A stretch of 64,000 nt of DNA from a virus (taxonomy: Duplodnaviria; Heunggongvirae; Uroviricota; Caudoviricetes): IMG/VR virus record IMGVR_UViG_3300035492_000080, positions 1-64,000 of that record; one strand, given 5' to 3'. Under the pieces are notes generated by a model that made no database searches, had not been told where the DNA came from, and saw only the letters and a list, made by a program, of their open reading frames with translations. Numbering within the stretch: position 1 is the first letter of the stretch; every line of letters begins with the position of its first letter. The position numbers and the translations under genes were made by a program. Positions 18,846 through 29,140 of this stretch are shown here, one piece after another.

Positions 18846-19658
18846 TCAATCATTAAGACCTAAAGCACCCTTCAAAGGAGCGATGTCAGTCTTGCCAGAT
18901 TTCGCATCTGGGGCTTCTCCATCAACCTTGGTTGCAGATACATTCCCTTTATTTGATTTACTGGCAGACTTTTTTGAAAGTTTTTCAACAACATCTGCTG
19001 ATAATTTTTCTTCTCTCAGTGTTACAAAGGTAACTTGCTCAAGATCAAGAGTGACATCGACAGCATCACCTGTATCAACTGTCTCGTTGATTGATAATGT
19101 TGTGACATAACAATTGAATATTGCTTTCTGAATAATATTCCCTTTAAACTCTAGAACAGTGACCAGCTCATTTCCACGCTCAACACTCTTCAAAATCTCC
19201 TGAACCTCTTCAACCCAATCAGGTCTTTGTTGATCAGGAACTTCCACTGAGGGTGGTTGACCATCTATAAACTGTGTGACTGTCTCTGGAAGAAACTTTA
19301 GAAGGGGGCTTGGCCCCCCTCCAATTACAGGTCCGCCTTCTTGAACATACTCAACTCCATTATCTGCAACTCCACTCTTTGTCCCTTGGATGGGTTGTGA
19401 GTTGTAGATTCCACGCTCCGACAAGCCAAAAGATTTCGCTTCCGCTGTAGAGATGAAAGGGCGAGTTGTGTTGAAGTCAGCGTTTGCAATAACTCCAGAG
19501 ATTGAAAACTTAGGGTTTTCTTTTGAAACGTTGTCTGTTACAACACTACCGTCTTCGATTGGATGACGAGTAACGCTGCTTCTGTAATCTCTTCTGTAAG
19601 AAAGCACAGCATCAAACCAGATCAAGTCCCCATTAGACCTTTGAATAGCTACTGTCAT
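18846..19658 (-). CDS. tail protein downstream of tape measure (gpU-like position)
   Basis: 270 aa; overlapping start with TMP stop. Confidence 0.35.
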   Translation of the reverse strand: MTVAIQRSNGDLIWFDAVLSYRRDYRSSVTRHPIEDGSVVTDNVSKENPKFSISGVIANADFNTTRPFISTAEAKSFGLSERGIYNSQPIQGTKSGVADNGVEYVQEGGPVIGGGPSPLLKFLPETVTQFIDGQPPSVEVPDQQRPDWVEEVQEILKSVERGNELVTVLEFKGNIIQKAIFNCYVTTLSINETVDTGDAVDVTLDLEQVTFVTLREEKLSADVVEKLSKKSASKSNKGNVSATKVDGEAPDAKSGKTDIAPLKGALGLND

Positions 19659-22180
19659 TCTTGCCTATTCTCCGTAAACTGCATACCTGCTTTAGTGATT
19701 TCACCTTTGAACCATTCAGATACTTGATTCTGATAAACCGAAAGGTCCATAGGATCAAGACTACTACCTGCATTCAATTCGAGATTAATATCACCGAAGT
19801 TAAATTGAACATTCTTATTTTGACCTGCTTTGGCAATTGCTTCTACTCTTTCACGAAGCTGCTCACCCGTGAGGCCTTGATTCTCTCTAGCAATCTTAGG
19901 AAGAATTTCATGACCAGATTGGGCATACTCTCTCATAGCTCTGTTGCGATCCATGTTACTAATGTCATTGATCACTCCAAACGATGCTTTAAACGACGAG
20001 AATGCAGCGTCGTTGATTGAATCCAACGCACCCTTCCAATCACCATCTTTCATTTTCAAAATCGTCTCTAGAAGCTTTCCAATGGCGTCTGTCATGTTTG
20101 TCATGCGGTTGATGACAATATCAGCTCCACCGGAATCAGAAAACCATCCAAACAACTGCTTCCATCCGTCGAAAGACATCTTACCAACCTCAATTAGGTT
20201 GTTGACTAGTGCCTTCATAGACTCAGCAAGTTTCGAAAATGACTCTTGTGTGGCAGGGTCTAGTGACTCAAACAAGTCTTTAAATAAGCTATCCTCACCA
20301 TTCGACCAACGAGATAGATCATCAAACACCATTGAAAGTGCTGTAGCTACCAGTACAAGTTTACCAAATGGTAATAGGGCAACTCCAACTGCTCCTGCAA
20401 TCATTGCAAGGGCTTCTTTTGATATCCCAATAGTGTCTGCTAGGTAGTCGAAACCTCTTCCAAGCGTTTTAATGCCTCCAAGCACACCCTGAATAATATA
20501 AGAGATTCTTTCGAACATCTTCCCAAGGGTTACTCCCGAATCATTAACATCTCCGAGAGCATCGGCCAGAGCCTTCCAGATTCTAACGAAGCCACCTTCG
20601 AGACCATTCTTACCAGCAACTTCTACAAGAGTAGAAAACTGGTTATTAAATCTTTCTTGTTGTGCAGCCGAGGATTGCATGGCTTTTTCCAAAGCCCCAC
20701 CCTCTCTAGCTCGCTTGGACATAATCTTAGCAAACTCAACAAGGTACTCACTGCTTACCTTGCCTTCCTGCATCATCTTCATCAATTCTTTAGAAGTGAC
20801 TGTACGACCTTCCTTATTGCTAACAGCTTCAGCCATCATACCAACAACCGCTGGCATACGATCACCAAGCTGCATTTTAAGTTCTTCAGCCATGACTTGC
20901 TCTTTGTTCATCATCTGTTCGATGGCTCTCAAAGAACCTTTCATATCATCACCACTCAAGCCCATTACTCGGCCATATTCAGTGGTTGATCTGAAGATTT
21001 GTTCTACGTCGGTTTGTGCCATCCCGGCAGTTTTACCAGACGCAATCATTCTAGCAAAAGGTGAAGCTGTTTCTTTCCAAGAGAAACCAACTTCATTGGC
21101 CATGCTCTTCAAACGTTGTAGGGCTTCTTCACCAGCCTTCTCACTGCCAGTTACAGCAGTAAGGGCCATTTTCTGTCCCATAATTTCTTGGTTGAGTCTA
21201 TTGGCTTGGACAAGAGCATAACCTGCTCCTACACCGGGCAGGAAGGCCGATAGGGAAGACATTCCAGCTCCAATGGCCCCACCTACAGCTCCGCTGGACA
21301 AAATGCCATTAGAGGGCCTTCCAACGCGATTACGGTGGAGTGCTGCTCTCTCCATAGCTTGAGCTTTTATAACGGCAGCTTCTCTTACAGCAGCGGCTTT
21401 TTTCTCACCAGCTTCTTTAATAGCTGCTGTTCGTTTAGCAATTGCCTCAATTCTTCTGTTTGAATTCTCTTCTCGTTTCGCAGCGGCTTCGGCTCTCTCA
21501 GCAGCTCTAACTCTAGCCTTCTCAATCCTTGAAGCTTCCCTCGCATATTCCTGCTGGGCTTTTTTCAGATATTGAGCACGTTGCTTCTCATCCGCAATAG
21601 CTTTAGCTGCCTGTTCGGCCCTCTCTTTAGCCATTCTATTTTCAGCAAATGCTAGATTACCAAATCTTCCAGCCGCCGCTACGTTCGTGTTTGAAGAAAG
21701 TCTTGCACGGATTGCTTCTTTTAGTTGATAAAAATCTCTACGGTTATCACCAACCGATGCACTCCGCTGCTTTGCAGATTTCTCAACCTGAGAGAGTCTA
21801 CCAAAACCTGTTTTCTTTTCATAAGCGTTTCCAAGACTTTGTGCTTGCTTCTGGAAGCGAGCCGTAAGTCTTGCTTGGTTTTCTAGTTTCTTAAAATATC
21901 TTTCTGAAATCTCAGAGGCTTTCTTTCCAACCTCTGCTTGTTTCCAAAATGCTTCAGTAGTTTTTTCAACTTCAGCTCTTTGTTTACCAATCTCTTTTGT
22001 GCCTTTAGAAATTGACTTAGCGAGAGAACGGGTTACATTCTTAGAAGCTTTGTTCGCTGTAACTTCAAAGTTATGGAGGCCTCTTTCAAGGTCCGCAAGC
22101 TTCTTATCAAGTTGAGTGAGCTTGCTTATATCCGCCTTGATACCAATCTCTGCGAAAAAATCAGCAATTTTGTTCGACAT
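19655..22180 (-). CDS. tail tape measure protein
   Basis: 841 aa, highly alpha-helical/coiled-coil, Ala/Lys/Glu-rich N-half, Gly-rich hydrophobic segments, follows chaperone. Confidence 0.75.
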   Translation of the reverse strand: MSNKIADFFAEIGIKADISKLTQLDKKLADLERGLHNFEVTANKASKNVTRSLAKSISKGTKEIGKQRAEVEKTTEAFWKQAEVGKKASEISERYFKKLENQARLTARFQKQAQSLGNAYEKKTGFGRLSQVEKSAKQRSASVGDNRRDFYQLKEAIRARLSSNTNVAAAGRFGNLAFAENRMAKERAEQAAKAIADEKQRAQYLKKAQQEYAREASRIEKARVRAAERAEAAAKREENSNRRIEAIAKRTAAIKEAGEKKAAAVREAAVIKAQAMERAALHRNRVGRPSNGILSSGAVGGAIGAGMSSLSAFLPGVGAGYALVQANRLNQEIMGQKMALTAVTGSEKAGEEALQRLKSMANEVGFSWKETASPFARMIASGKTAGMAQTDVEQIFRSTTEYGRVMGLSGDDMKGSLRAIEQMMNKEQVMAEELKMQLGDRMPAVVGMMAEAVSNKEGRTVTSKELMKMMQEGKVSSEYLVEFAKIMSKRAREGGALEKAMQSSAAQQERFNNQFSTLVEVAGKNGLEGGFVRIWKALADALGDVNDSGVTLGKMFERISYIIQGVLGGIKTLGRGFDYLADTIGISKEALAMIAGAVGVALLPFGKLVLVATALSMVFDDLSRWSNGEDSLFKDLFESLDPATQESFSKLAESMKALVNNLIEVGKMSFDGWKQLFGWFSDSGGADIVINRMTNMTDAIGKLLETILKMKDGDWKGALDSINDAAFSSFKASFGVINDISNMDRNRAMREYAQSGHEILPKIARENQGLTGEQLRERVEAIAKAGQNKNVQFNFGDINLELNAGSSLDPMDLSVYQNQVSEWFKGEITKAGMQFTENRQE

Positions 22181-22197
22181 TTAATCACCTGTTATTG

Positions 22198-22435
22198 TTT
22201 AGCTTGGTCAGCGATTCGCTTACTCACAACTTCTATTGTCTCATTAACATCAATCATCTCAAGCATATCCATTACATCTTCAACGTCATAAACTGTCTGA
22301 AGTTCATTATAAGTTGCTAATTTTAATGGATTTGAAAGAATAGTGTATATTCTAAAGTCAACACTGAACTTGTTTTCAATATCTTTTAGCTCTGTCGGTC
22401 CAGAGTGATTAGAGTGTTCAGGAGCACTTACCCCT
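22198..22435 (-). CDS. putative -1 frameshift extension of tail assembly chaperone (GT / E'-like product)
   Basis: About 79 codons open in the -1 frame with no start codon; begins inside the C-terminus of 22428..22802; T5 run GGTTTTTAC near the overlap. Confidence 0.35.
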
Positions 22436-22802
22436 GAACTTCCTCTCCGATACCGACCATCGTAAAAACCGATCCGTAGTTGAACTCTACGATTTCTTTA
22501 GTAAGTTTGAACAGTTTTTCATACTCACCAGCAAACTCATAGTCAAAGTTGATTGTCATCTTATTCTTAGTTGCTGATGTGCATAGTTCTTTTACCAGCA
22601 CTTCAATCTCAACCTGATCAAGATTCTCAATGAGTTTTTCAATAGCCTGAGAGACGCCACCCTCAGATTTAGTCAGCTCGCCAAATGCAGGGCCAACAAG
22701 CTTAGTGATTTGCTTGAGAAGTTTAAGACCTTTAGTTGCTGGAATAGTTTGAAGCAAATAAACGTCACCACCAATAACGACTTCTTTTTGTTTAAGAGCC
22801 AT
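22428..22802 (-). CDS. tail assembly chaperone (gpG/E-like)
   Basis: 124 aa acidic protein immediately upstream of TMP; a -1 frame ORF continues past its stop (see 22198..22435). Confidence 0.5.
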   Translation of the reverse strand: MALKQKEVVIGGDVYLLQTIPATKGLKLLKQITKLVGPAFGELTKSEGGVSQAIEKLIENLDQVEIEVLVKELCTSATKNKMTINFDYEFAGEYEKLFKLTKEIVEFNYGSVFTMVGIGEEVQG

Positions 22803-22816
22803 AATTACCTCCGAAA

Positions 22817-23344
22817 TTAATTAAAAAATGATCCGACACTATCAACAGCGTCCGAAGCGATGCCAGAGATATTGTCTACGACTTTACCTAGGCCTTCCCC
22901 GATTGTATTGAAGATGTCTGGGAGTTGTTTTGCGTTACCACCAACTGTTGTAGTGGTTTCTAGCATTTGGATAGTCCACACACGATTTGAGAAATCATTT
23001 GTGAATGTAAGCTGAGGGAGACTTGAAACATAAGCCTCAGAGGAAGAAATCTCAGTACGTCCAGAATTATCTTTCAGTGAGATTTGAAGGCGAGAGGATT
23101 GCGTAGACTGGTCAGCAACAAGTAGTTGAGAGAAAACATCGTTGCTTGTTGATGTCTGTAGAAGTTCAAGTGTGATTACCGCACTTGTGTCTAGATTTTG
23201 TACCCGAGTATTACGTCCCCTGATACCTTTTACCATCTTGAATGTCTCTGAATTCCACGATACCTGAATACTTGAAATTCCTGTGATAACGTATCCGCAA
23301 ACTGTGAGAACAACTTCCGATGGTGAGTATGTTAATGTGGCCAT
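22817..23344 (-). CDS. tail tube-like protein, paralog 3
   Basis: 175 aa; conserved C-terminal W-x-I...VGGN motif shared with the two upstream paralogs. Confidence 0.45.
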   Translation of the reverse strand: MATLTYSPSEVVLTVCGYVITGISSIQVSWNSETFKMVKGIRGRNTRVQNLDTSAVITLELLQTSTSNDVFSQLLVADQSTQSSRLQISLKDNSGRTEISSSEAYVSSLPQLTFTNDFSNRVWTIQMLETTTTVGGNAKQLPDIFNTIGEGLGKVVDNISGIASDAVDSVGSFFN

Positions 23345-23848
23345 TTAGATAATCCCGAAGTTTTTCAGGAGAGGCAACATGCTTGTTCCTAATGACAAGG
23401 CTTGTTCCATCATTGACTGAGGAACGTTACCACCAACGTGAAGTGTGGCTTGTGTGCATCCTAGAACCCAAGTTCTAGATTCAATTCCATTACTGAATGA
23501 CACATTTGGAATATCTTCAATCCACGAGGTTAGTGCTAGGAAGTTTGTTGTACCCCTTCCATCTTTAATGAAAAGTGGAAATTTACCAATCTGTGTGGCA
23601 ACATCGATGTTGTACAATGATGATAGAAAGTCATTGGCTCCACTAGACTGTGCTAGTGTAAGTTCAACTTTAAAGCTTTCATCCTTTCTATAAATTCTTG
23701 CAACTTCTCCATCCATAGATTTCATGACAGAGAATGGCTTAATATCTTTGATTATATTGACAAATGTTCCATCAACATAACCTTCAACTTGATAAAACCC
23801 AGCGATAGTAACCGACACATCTTTTGGTGAATAGTGAACTAGGCTCAT
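23345..23848 (-). CDS. tail tube-like protein, paralog 2
   Basis: 167 aa; RTWVLGCTQATLHVGGN motif. Confidence 0.45.
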   Translation of the reverse strand: MSLVHYSPKDVSVTIAGFYQVEGYVDGTFVNIIKDIKPFSVMKSMDGEVARIYRKDESFKVELTLAQSSGANDFLSSLYNIDVATQIGKFPLFIKDGRGTTNFLALTSWIEDIPNVSFSNGIESRTWVLGCTQATLHVGGNVPQSMMEQALSLGTSMLPLLKNFGII

Positions 23849-23890
23849 ACTATCTCCTAAAATTAAGGGGCGTTTCCGCCCCTATGTGTA

Positions 23891-24412
23891 TCAAGTCCAG
23901 CGAGAATCAACAGTTACGCCAAGAGCTTCCAGAGTGGCTTGATCGTCAGCGCTAAGCTTAGAGTTACCACCAATGTAAGTTTCTAGACGGACAGCATGGA
24001 TAACCCATTCACGAAGTTGCATAGAGTTACCAAATGCACTGTTAGGTACAACCGCAATATATGCTTCTTCAGCGAAGAAGTTTGAACGGCCAGAGTTGTC
24101 TTTAACTGTGATAGAGAAAAGTCCACTGCTGTCACGGGTGTTCTTATCATTCACATAAAGTTGTGTAAGAACGTCGTTACTGTTTGAAGTTTGTTGCAGC
24201 GGAACAGTGAGTGTTGCTGAAGTGTTTGCTTTGTAGATACGGGTATTAGTATCGTCAGCACCAGTGTAGAGTTCAAAGGTGTCACTATTTCTTTCAATGG
24301 AGATAATACTGTCTTCACTGAAACCCGAAAGGATGTGACTGATACCAGTGCTCTCTTGTGTCAGAATGATAGTTACGTCATTCGGTGCAAAAGTGGCAAG
24401 TCTTTGTGTCAT
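23891..24412 (-). CDS. tail tube-like protein, paralog 1
   Basis: 173 aa; REWVIHAVRLETYIGGN motif; immediately after sheath gene. Confidence 0.5.
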   Translation of the reverse strand: MTQRLATFAPNDVTIILTQESTGISHILSGFSEDSIISIERNSDTFELYTGADDTNTRIYKANTSATLTVPLQQTSNSNDVLTQLYVNDKNTRDSSGLFSITVKDNSGRSNFFAEEAYIAVVPNSAFGNSMQLREWVIHAVRLETYIGGNSKLSADDQATLEALGVTVDSRWT

Positions 24413-24471
24413 TTCATTTTTCCTGTAAAAGAAGCCCTCCGAAGAGGGCTAAAAGTTGAACTAGAGTTGAC

Positions 24472-25758
24472 TTAAACAGTCACAGTGCCTCTAATCTTGA
24501 CCTTGTGGATTGCACCGGCCAGACGGGCTTCAAATGTGATACCTTCAAACACGCGAGATGCTCTTAGGTTTGGCTCAAGCTCAAGTACGTTAGGAACGAA
24601 GACTTGATACTGTGGTGCTGGAGCAATACCACCAACACGAACACCTTCGGCCAACTGAGCACGAATCTCAGCTTCGATGATTGTTGCACCTGCTTGTGTG
24701 TAAGGGATTTTCTTACTGTTAGCAAGACGGAACCAAATTCTCTCGGTCATACGAGCTTCTAGCCAAAGAGCAAATACCATCACATCGATAAATTCACCGC
24801 CAATCATTCTTCCAGAAGTGGTAGCGCGAGCGCCTCCAATCTCTTCAAATGTAATGACGTATTTATTTTCGAGGTTAGCAGTTGCAGTACCACCGAGCTT
24901 ACTCACAGTGACACCAGTCAGGTCTTTATAGGCCCAAGTATTGCTTCCCGGTTGTTCTTGAAGTTGGTATGCCATAAGAGCACATTCTGGGTATTCAGAA
25001 TCGGCATTTTCAGAGAACATCACAAAAGTCTTGTCATAGCCAAGTGCCTTAAGTTTAGAAGCTAGGTCTGTGTCTACAGAGGTCTTTGTGGCTGCATCTT
25101 GTGTTGAGACACCGTAGATTTTCTTACGGGCTTCGATTGCGGCGGCAAGCGCAAGAACATCTGCCTCGATGTGAGTCTCTGTGGTCAGGCCAAACCAATT
25201 GCTATTTTCAGCTTCTACAGCTTGAAGAGCCTCTACCCAAGTTTCAGTAGAAGGTGCAGCAGAACTTTGAAGTCCATCCCCAACTTTAAGCGACCAATCT
25301 ACTGTCGAAGCTACTGTAAGAGTTCCGTCTAGGTTATCTGTTACAGTTACGCCTTGGTGCGGACTAACATCATAGGAGGCTTTGAGACCGGCCGCGATAG
25401 CTGTGGAGGTTGCAACAGCTTCTGATGTATAAGTGTAAGGTGTGTCGCTGATTGTCATAGAATATTGTGTAGTATTCTGGACAGAGGTTACAGACACAGT
25501 AAATTGTGCAATTTGTCTACGTCCAATAACGATTTGGCTTGGTCTTAGTTCCTGACCAAACATGCGTTGAGCGGCAGTATAGACACTACTTGTTGGACCA
25601 AAATCCTCACCGAGTGCTTCGATGCTGGTGTAAACTCTTGCTCTTTCTTTAAAGTTTGCGTGTGTTCCGATGAACAGAGGTGTGTTGAAACCAGCACGCG
25701 AAACAGGGGTTGTTTCACGAGAGATTTGAACCTCAATGATATCTGTCAAGGTTGTCAT
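24472..25758 (-). CDS. tail sheath protein (putative)
   Basis: 428 aa; position upstream of tube genes in a contractile-tail module. Confidence 0.5.
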   Translation of the reverse strand: MTTLTDIIEVQISRETTPVSRAGFNTPLFIGTHANFKERARVYTSIEALGEDFGPTSSVYTAAQRMFGQELRPSQIVIGRRQIAQFTVSVTSVQNTTQYSMTISDTPYTYTSEAVATSTAIAAGLKASYDVSPHQGVTVTDNLDGTLTVASTVDWSLKVGDGLQSSAAPSTETWVEALQAVEAENSNWFGLTTETHIEADVLALAAAIEARKKIYGVSTQDAATKTSVDTDLASKLKALGYDKTFVMFSENADSEYPECALMAYQLQEQPGSNTWAYKDLTGVTVSKLGGTATANLENKYVITFEEIGGARATTSGRMIGGEFIDVMVFALWLEARMTERIWFRLANSKKIPYTQAGATIIEAEIRAQLAEGVRVGGIAPAPQYQVFVPNVLELEPNLRASRVFEGITFEARLAGAIHKVKIRGTVTV

Positions 25759-25767
25759 TTATAATCC

Positions 25768-26289
25768 TCAAGGAATATTGATTGTTTGTTGGAAGGTTTG
25801 ATAGTCGCCAAGAATCTCAACACTGTCGATAACATCGACATTTTGATAAGACTCGACTTGATATCCAAAATAAAGATCGATCTGGTAAAACATGTACCAG
25901 TCTGTTTCTCTTTTCTTTGGTACTTTTCTAACACTACTCTTCCGCATATATGAAAGAGCATTTTTTAAGAAAACTTCTTGTACTGGTGTCGTGTCAATTT
26001 TATAGAAGAAGTCATTAGCCAAATCCGCTGCTCTAAAATCATCAGATTTACCAGCAAATTCGATTCGTACTCGACAGGTGTAATGGGAAGCAACTTGCTG
26101 ATTACCTGTCATATCGGTAAACGATGAGACGTATTCTTGGCCTTCCTGTTTAACACTCCCAATATCAAAGATAACGTATGGTGTTACTGGTTCAGGTCCA
26201 TTACTGTATGCTTGAATTATCTGGTTTGATGGAAAAACCAGCGCCAGACTGTCATAAAGTTTTTCTCGGAGGTCACTATAAATGCTCAT
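25768..26289 (-). CDS. head-tail connector / tail completion protein
   Basis: 173 aa; between capsid and sheath modules. Confidence 0.35.
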   Translation of the reverse strand: MSIYSDLREKLYDSLALVFPSNQIIQAYSNGPEPVTPYVIFDIGSVKQEGQEYVSSFTDMTGNQQVASHYTCRVRIEFAGKSDDFRAADLANDFFYKIDTTPVQEVFLKNALSYMRKSSVRKVPKKRETDWYMFYQIDLYFGYQVESYQNVDVIDSVEILGDYQTFQQTINIP

Positions 26290-26660
26290 GTAATCTCCTT
26301 CCTAACAGCAATGGCTTTGAAGTGATTAAGAATCCCCATCTTATATTCAGACACTTTTCTCACCTCAAACAACTTCCCATCCCAAGAAATAATATCGCCC
26401 TCTCTTGGAGAACTTCCTTCTAGTCTCTGATAAAGCGGAGAAGTTGTATAAACTTTAATTGCCTCTTTGCTTCTTTCCGCCTCTGGGAGGATCATTGTAT
26501 CTGTACTCTTCAAAACAGGCTGGATATTAGCTTTAATTTGCAAAGACTCTGGAGAATCTGCTGTCCAAACGCCTTTAATCCAAGAACCACCAGCAATTCT
26601 TGAAACGGTAACTTCTACAACCCCATTCAGAGGGAGTAGCAGTGGAGGTGAAATACTCAT
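26286..26660 (-). CDS. head-tail adaptor protein
   Basis: 124 aa; overlapping start/stop. Confidence 0.35.
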   Translation of the reverse strand: MSISPPLLLPLNGVVEVTVSRIAGGSWIKGVWTADSPESLQIKANIQPVLKSTDTMILPEAERSKEAIKVYTTSPLYQRLEGSSPREGDIISWDGKLFEVRKVSEYKMGILNHFKAIAVRKEIT

Positions 26661-27169
26661 ACTTCTCTCCCGTTAACTTTAGCTTTAACACCATCAACCA
26701 ATGTTCCACTCTCAACAAGAGGATCAGAAGAGCTTGAACCCCTTGAGTCCCTCATCTCCTTGGTGGCATCAGTGATATAATTGTTTGGGCCTGTGTAGTT
26801 GATTATGCTCTCGCGCAATTGTGCTACAACAATGTCTGCTAAAGCTTCCATCTTTTGCTCTGGAGACATCTTGCCTTGCAGAACATACCTTTGATACTTC
26901 TTAATTGCAGCTCTGATCTGCCGGATATTTTCAGAATCGGTTACGGCCATCTCAAAGAATGGACGTGGTGGAGTTGAAGTTCCTTCAAATAGGCCCCCGT
27001 TGTCATGCCCATTCTCAACAAGCATTGCAACTTCAGCAACACTCTCAGCACCACGAGGGTTTGCATAGGTATCCTCTTCAAAGAATCCCCACTCAATCTT
27101 TCCACCGTTCATTTTTCTAAGATCGGCAATAAGCTTCTTCAACCCGTGTGTGTTGCTTTTAACTTTCAT
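26657..27169 (-). CDS. head-tail connector protein
   Basis: 170 aa. Confidence 0.35.
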   Translation of the reverse strand: MKVKSNTHGLKKLIADLRKMNGGKIEWGFFEEDTYANPRGAESVAEVAMLVENGHDNGGLFEGTSTPPRPFFEMAVTDSENIRQIRAAIKKYQRYVLQGKMSPEQKMEALADIVVAQLRESIINYTGPNNYITDATKEMRDSRGSSSSDPLVESGTLVDGVKAKVNGREV

Positions 27170-27681
27170 CAGAAGATTCCGCCCCTGTCTTCGTCATAAA
27201 CCCTAGTCCCTTCAGAGAATCCTCTGTAAATTCTTGGAGATGGGTTGTCAGGATTTGCATCATTCTCTTTCATATCTTTCTTAGAAATCCCACCCGCATA
27301 AACTTGAGCGCGGTCAAGTAGCATCTGAGGATTTCTGAGAAGCTCTACAAGGAAATCTTTGTAGTTCTTAAACATCTCAGCACCATAAACTTCGATGTCA
27401 CCTGTACGTTGACGAGAATATCGCGCTAGGCTTCCAAGAATATATCTAGCTGCTTCTAGGGCGGCAGCGGTTTCGCTATTACTGTGTTTATCAAGTAGAT
27501 ATTGGTAAGTTTCATCAGAAAGATACTCAATCTCCACCATCGTATCACCAACAATAAGTCTAAGTCTGTCGGTTGCACTATATGCAGGATTGTTTGTAAA
27601 GCTCATTATATTCTCCTTTCTTTTAAAGGAATTCTCAAAGAAAACCCCTTTAAAAGAAAGGAGCCTCCGAAGAGGCTCCAT
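27169..27681 (-). CDS. head completion / connector protein
   Basis: 170 aa; directly downstream of MCP. Confidence 0.35.
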   Translation of the reverse strand: MEPLRRLLSFKGVFFENSFKRKENIMSFTNNPAYSATDRLRLIVGDTMVEIEYLSDETYQYLLDKHSNSETAAALEAARYILGSLARYSRQRTGDIEVYGAEMFKNYKDFLVELLRNPQMLLDRAQVYAGGISKKDMKENDANPDNPSPRIYRGFSEGTRVYDEDRGGIF

Positions 27682-27686
27682 TTCAA

Positions 27687-28712
27687 TTAGGCAGTGAAGC
27701 CACGAACAACTAGCTGAGGACGAGTCAGCATGTTGATGAAGTTTGTTTCAGTTTCAATTTCGATCTTCTCACCTTTTGGATCGGTGTATTCGAAAGCGTA
27801 AACTTCTTCACCAACAGTGTTAGTGAATTCAAACTTGTTGGCTGGGCCGTAGTATGTAACGAATAGATCGCTAATACCAGTTGGAACAAACACAGCATCA
27901 CCGGCTGGGATCAGACGGTTGCCGTTGTAGTTGCCACGGTATTCAACAAACTTAACACCACCGTGGAAGAACTCACGATACATGGTGCTTGGTCCGCCAG
28001 CGCGTTGACGCAGAGGCTCTTGAGTCGAAGCGTAGAACTGGTAAGCTGCTTTAATGCTCTCGTGAGAGATAAGCTTGCTGAAGAACTCAGGCGAGCAGAG
28101 AGCCATAACGCCGCTGGCGCTGCCACCCATACCAGCGTTGTCCTGCACATGGGCGATAACTTCTTCCAGTTTCTCAAGGATGTTGGTAGAAGTTGTTCCA
28201 AGAGCAAAGTCAACAACTTTCTGAGTAACGCCGAAAGACGAGAACCAGTTGATGTTAACAGTTCCGTTTGGAGCGTACACAGTACCAGCAGTCAGAGCTT
28301 GGCAACGAGCAGCTTCCAGAGTCCAAGCGTGGGACATACGGATACGTTCAAGTTTACGGGCACGAACAGCAGCCAGAGTTTCGGCAGCATCGTTAGGACC
28401 GTAAGCGCGCTTCCCTTGGATATCACTTGGGGTGATATAATCAGCGAATGGGAAGTGCGGAATAGCGAACGAGTGCAGTTCACGAACGCTGTCTTTGTTC
28501 TGATAAGCACGCTCACCACGAACGCGGTCAAGGATCAGAGTAGCATCACGGCTCGACTTCTCGATAGTGATAGTGTGCTCAGCAACACCTTCGCTGCTGA
28601 ATAGACCCATTGCGTTGACCAGACCCCATTGGTTCGGAATGGTCAGGATTTCTTGGGTGAAATCTGTAAGTTCAAACTGACCGTTAGGACCAAAAGAACG
28701 TGTAATAGCCAT
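27687..28712 (-). CDS. major capsid protein (HK97-fold class, putative)
   Basis: 341 aa, high-GC, strongly biased codon usage; follows decoration and protease/scaffold genes. Confidence 0.6.
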   Translation of the reverse strand: MAITRSFGPNGQFELTDFTQEILTIPNQWGLVNAMGLFSSEGVAEHTITIEKSSRDATLILDRVRGERAYQNKDSVRELHSFAIPHFPFADYITPSDIQGKRAYGPNDAAETLAAVRARKLERIRMSHAWTLEAARCQALTAGTVYAPNGTVNINWFSSFGVTQKVVDFALGTTSTNILEKLEEVIAHVQDNAGMGGSASGVMALCSPEFFSKLISHESIKAAYQFYASTQEPLRQRAGGPSTMYREFFHGGVKFVEYRGNYNGNRLIPAGDAVFVPTGISDLFVTYYGPANKFEFTNTVGEEVYAFEYTDPKGEKIEIETETNFINMLTRPQLVVRGFTA

Positions 28713-28738
28713 TAATTATTTCTCCGATTAAGTTAGTA

Positions 28739-29110
28739 TTAAAGAGTCTTCTCGACGATCATGCCTTTACCTTTAAGAACTGCATGAACAGCATCTTTTT
28801 CGGCAGAAGCATCAACGTCAGCACCATAAGAAAGATTGAAATCTTTCAGGATTACAGGGCCACGAGCCAGAACTAGCAGCTTGTGAACGCCCGGAGCGAG
28901 GTCTTTAACACGCTCATCAATCAGGACGTAAGAAGTATTTGCTGTAGTTGCTACAGTAACAAGAGTGCCAGCGTCGTCTAGAACAGCACCAAGTTTCATG
29001 CCAGCAACAACGGTAACGTCAACCACTTCACGGCAGTAGCCCATTGCTGGCTCATATTCGTGGGCGATGACAGAAGATAGACGTTGGATGTCAGTTGCGA
29101 TAAGTGTCAT
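28739..29110 (-). CDS. head decoration / hypothetical capsid-associated protein
   Basis: 123 aa between protease-scaffold and MCP. Confidence 0.35.
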   Translation of the reverse strand: MTLIATDIQRLSSVIAHEYEPAMGYCREVVDVTVVAGMKLGAVLDDAGTLVTVATTANTSYVLIDERVKDLAPGVHKLLVLARGPVILKDFNLSYGADVDASAEKDAVHAVLKGKGMIVEKTL

Positions 29111-29140
29111 ATTTGAATTTCTCCAATTAGCTAATTAGGA

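Noticed and set aside
19661-21221. Several plus-strand ORFs (119-180 aa) inside the tape measure gene
   Set aside because: Antisense shadows of an 841-aa coiled-coil gene; no RBS and no recognisable domain
27963-28604. 213-aa plus-strand ORF inside the major capsid gene
   Set aside because: Antisense to a high-GC, strongly codon-biased capsid gene; high GC extends spurious ORFs
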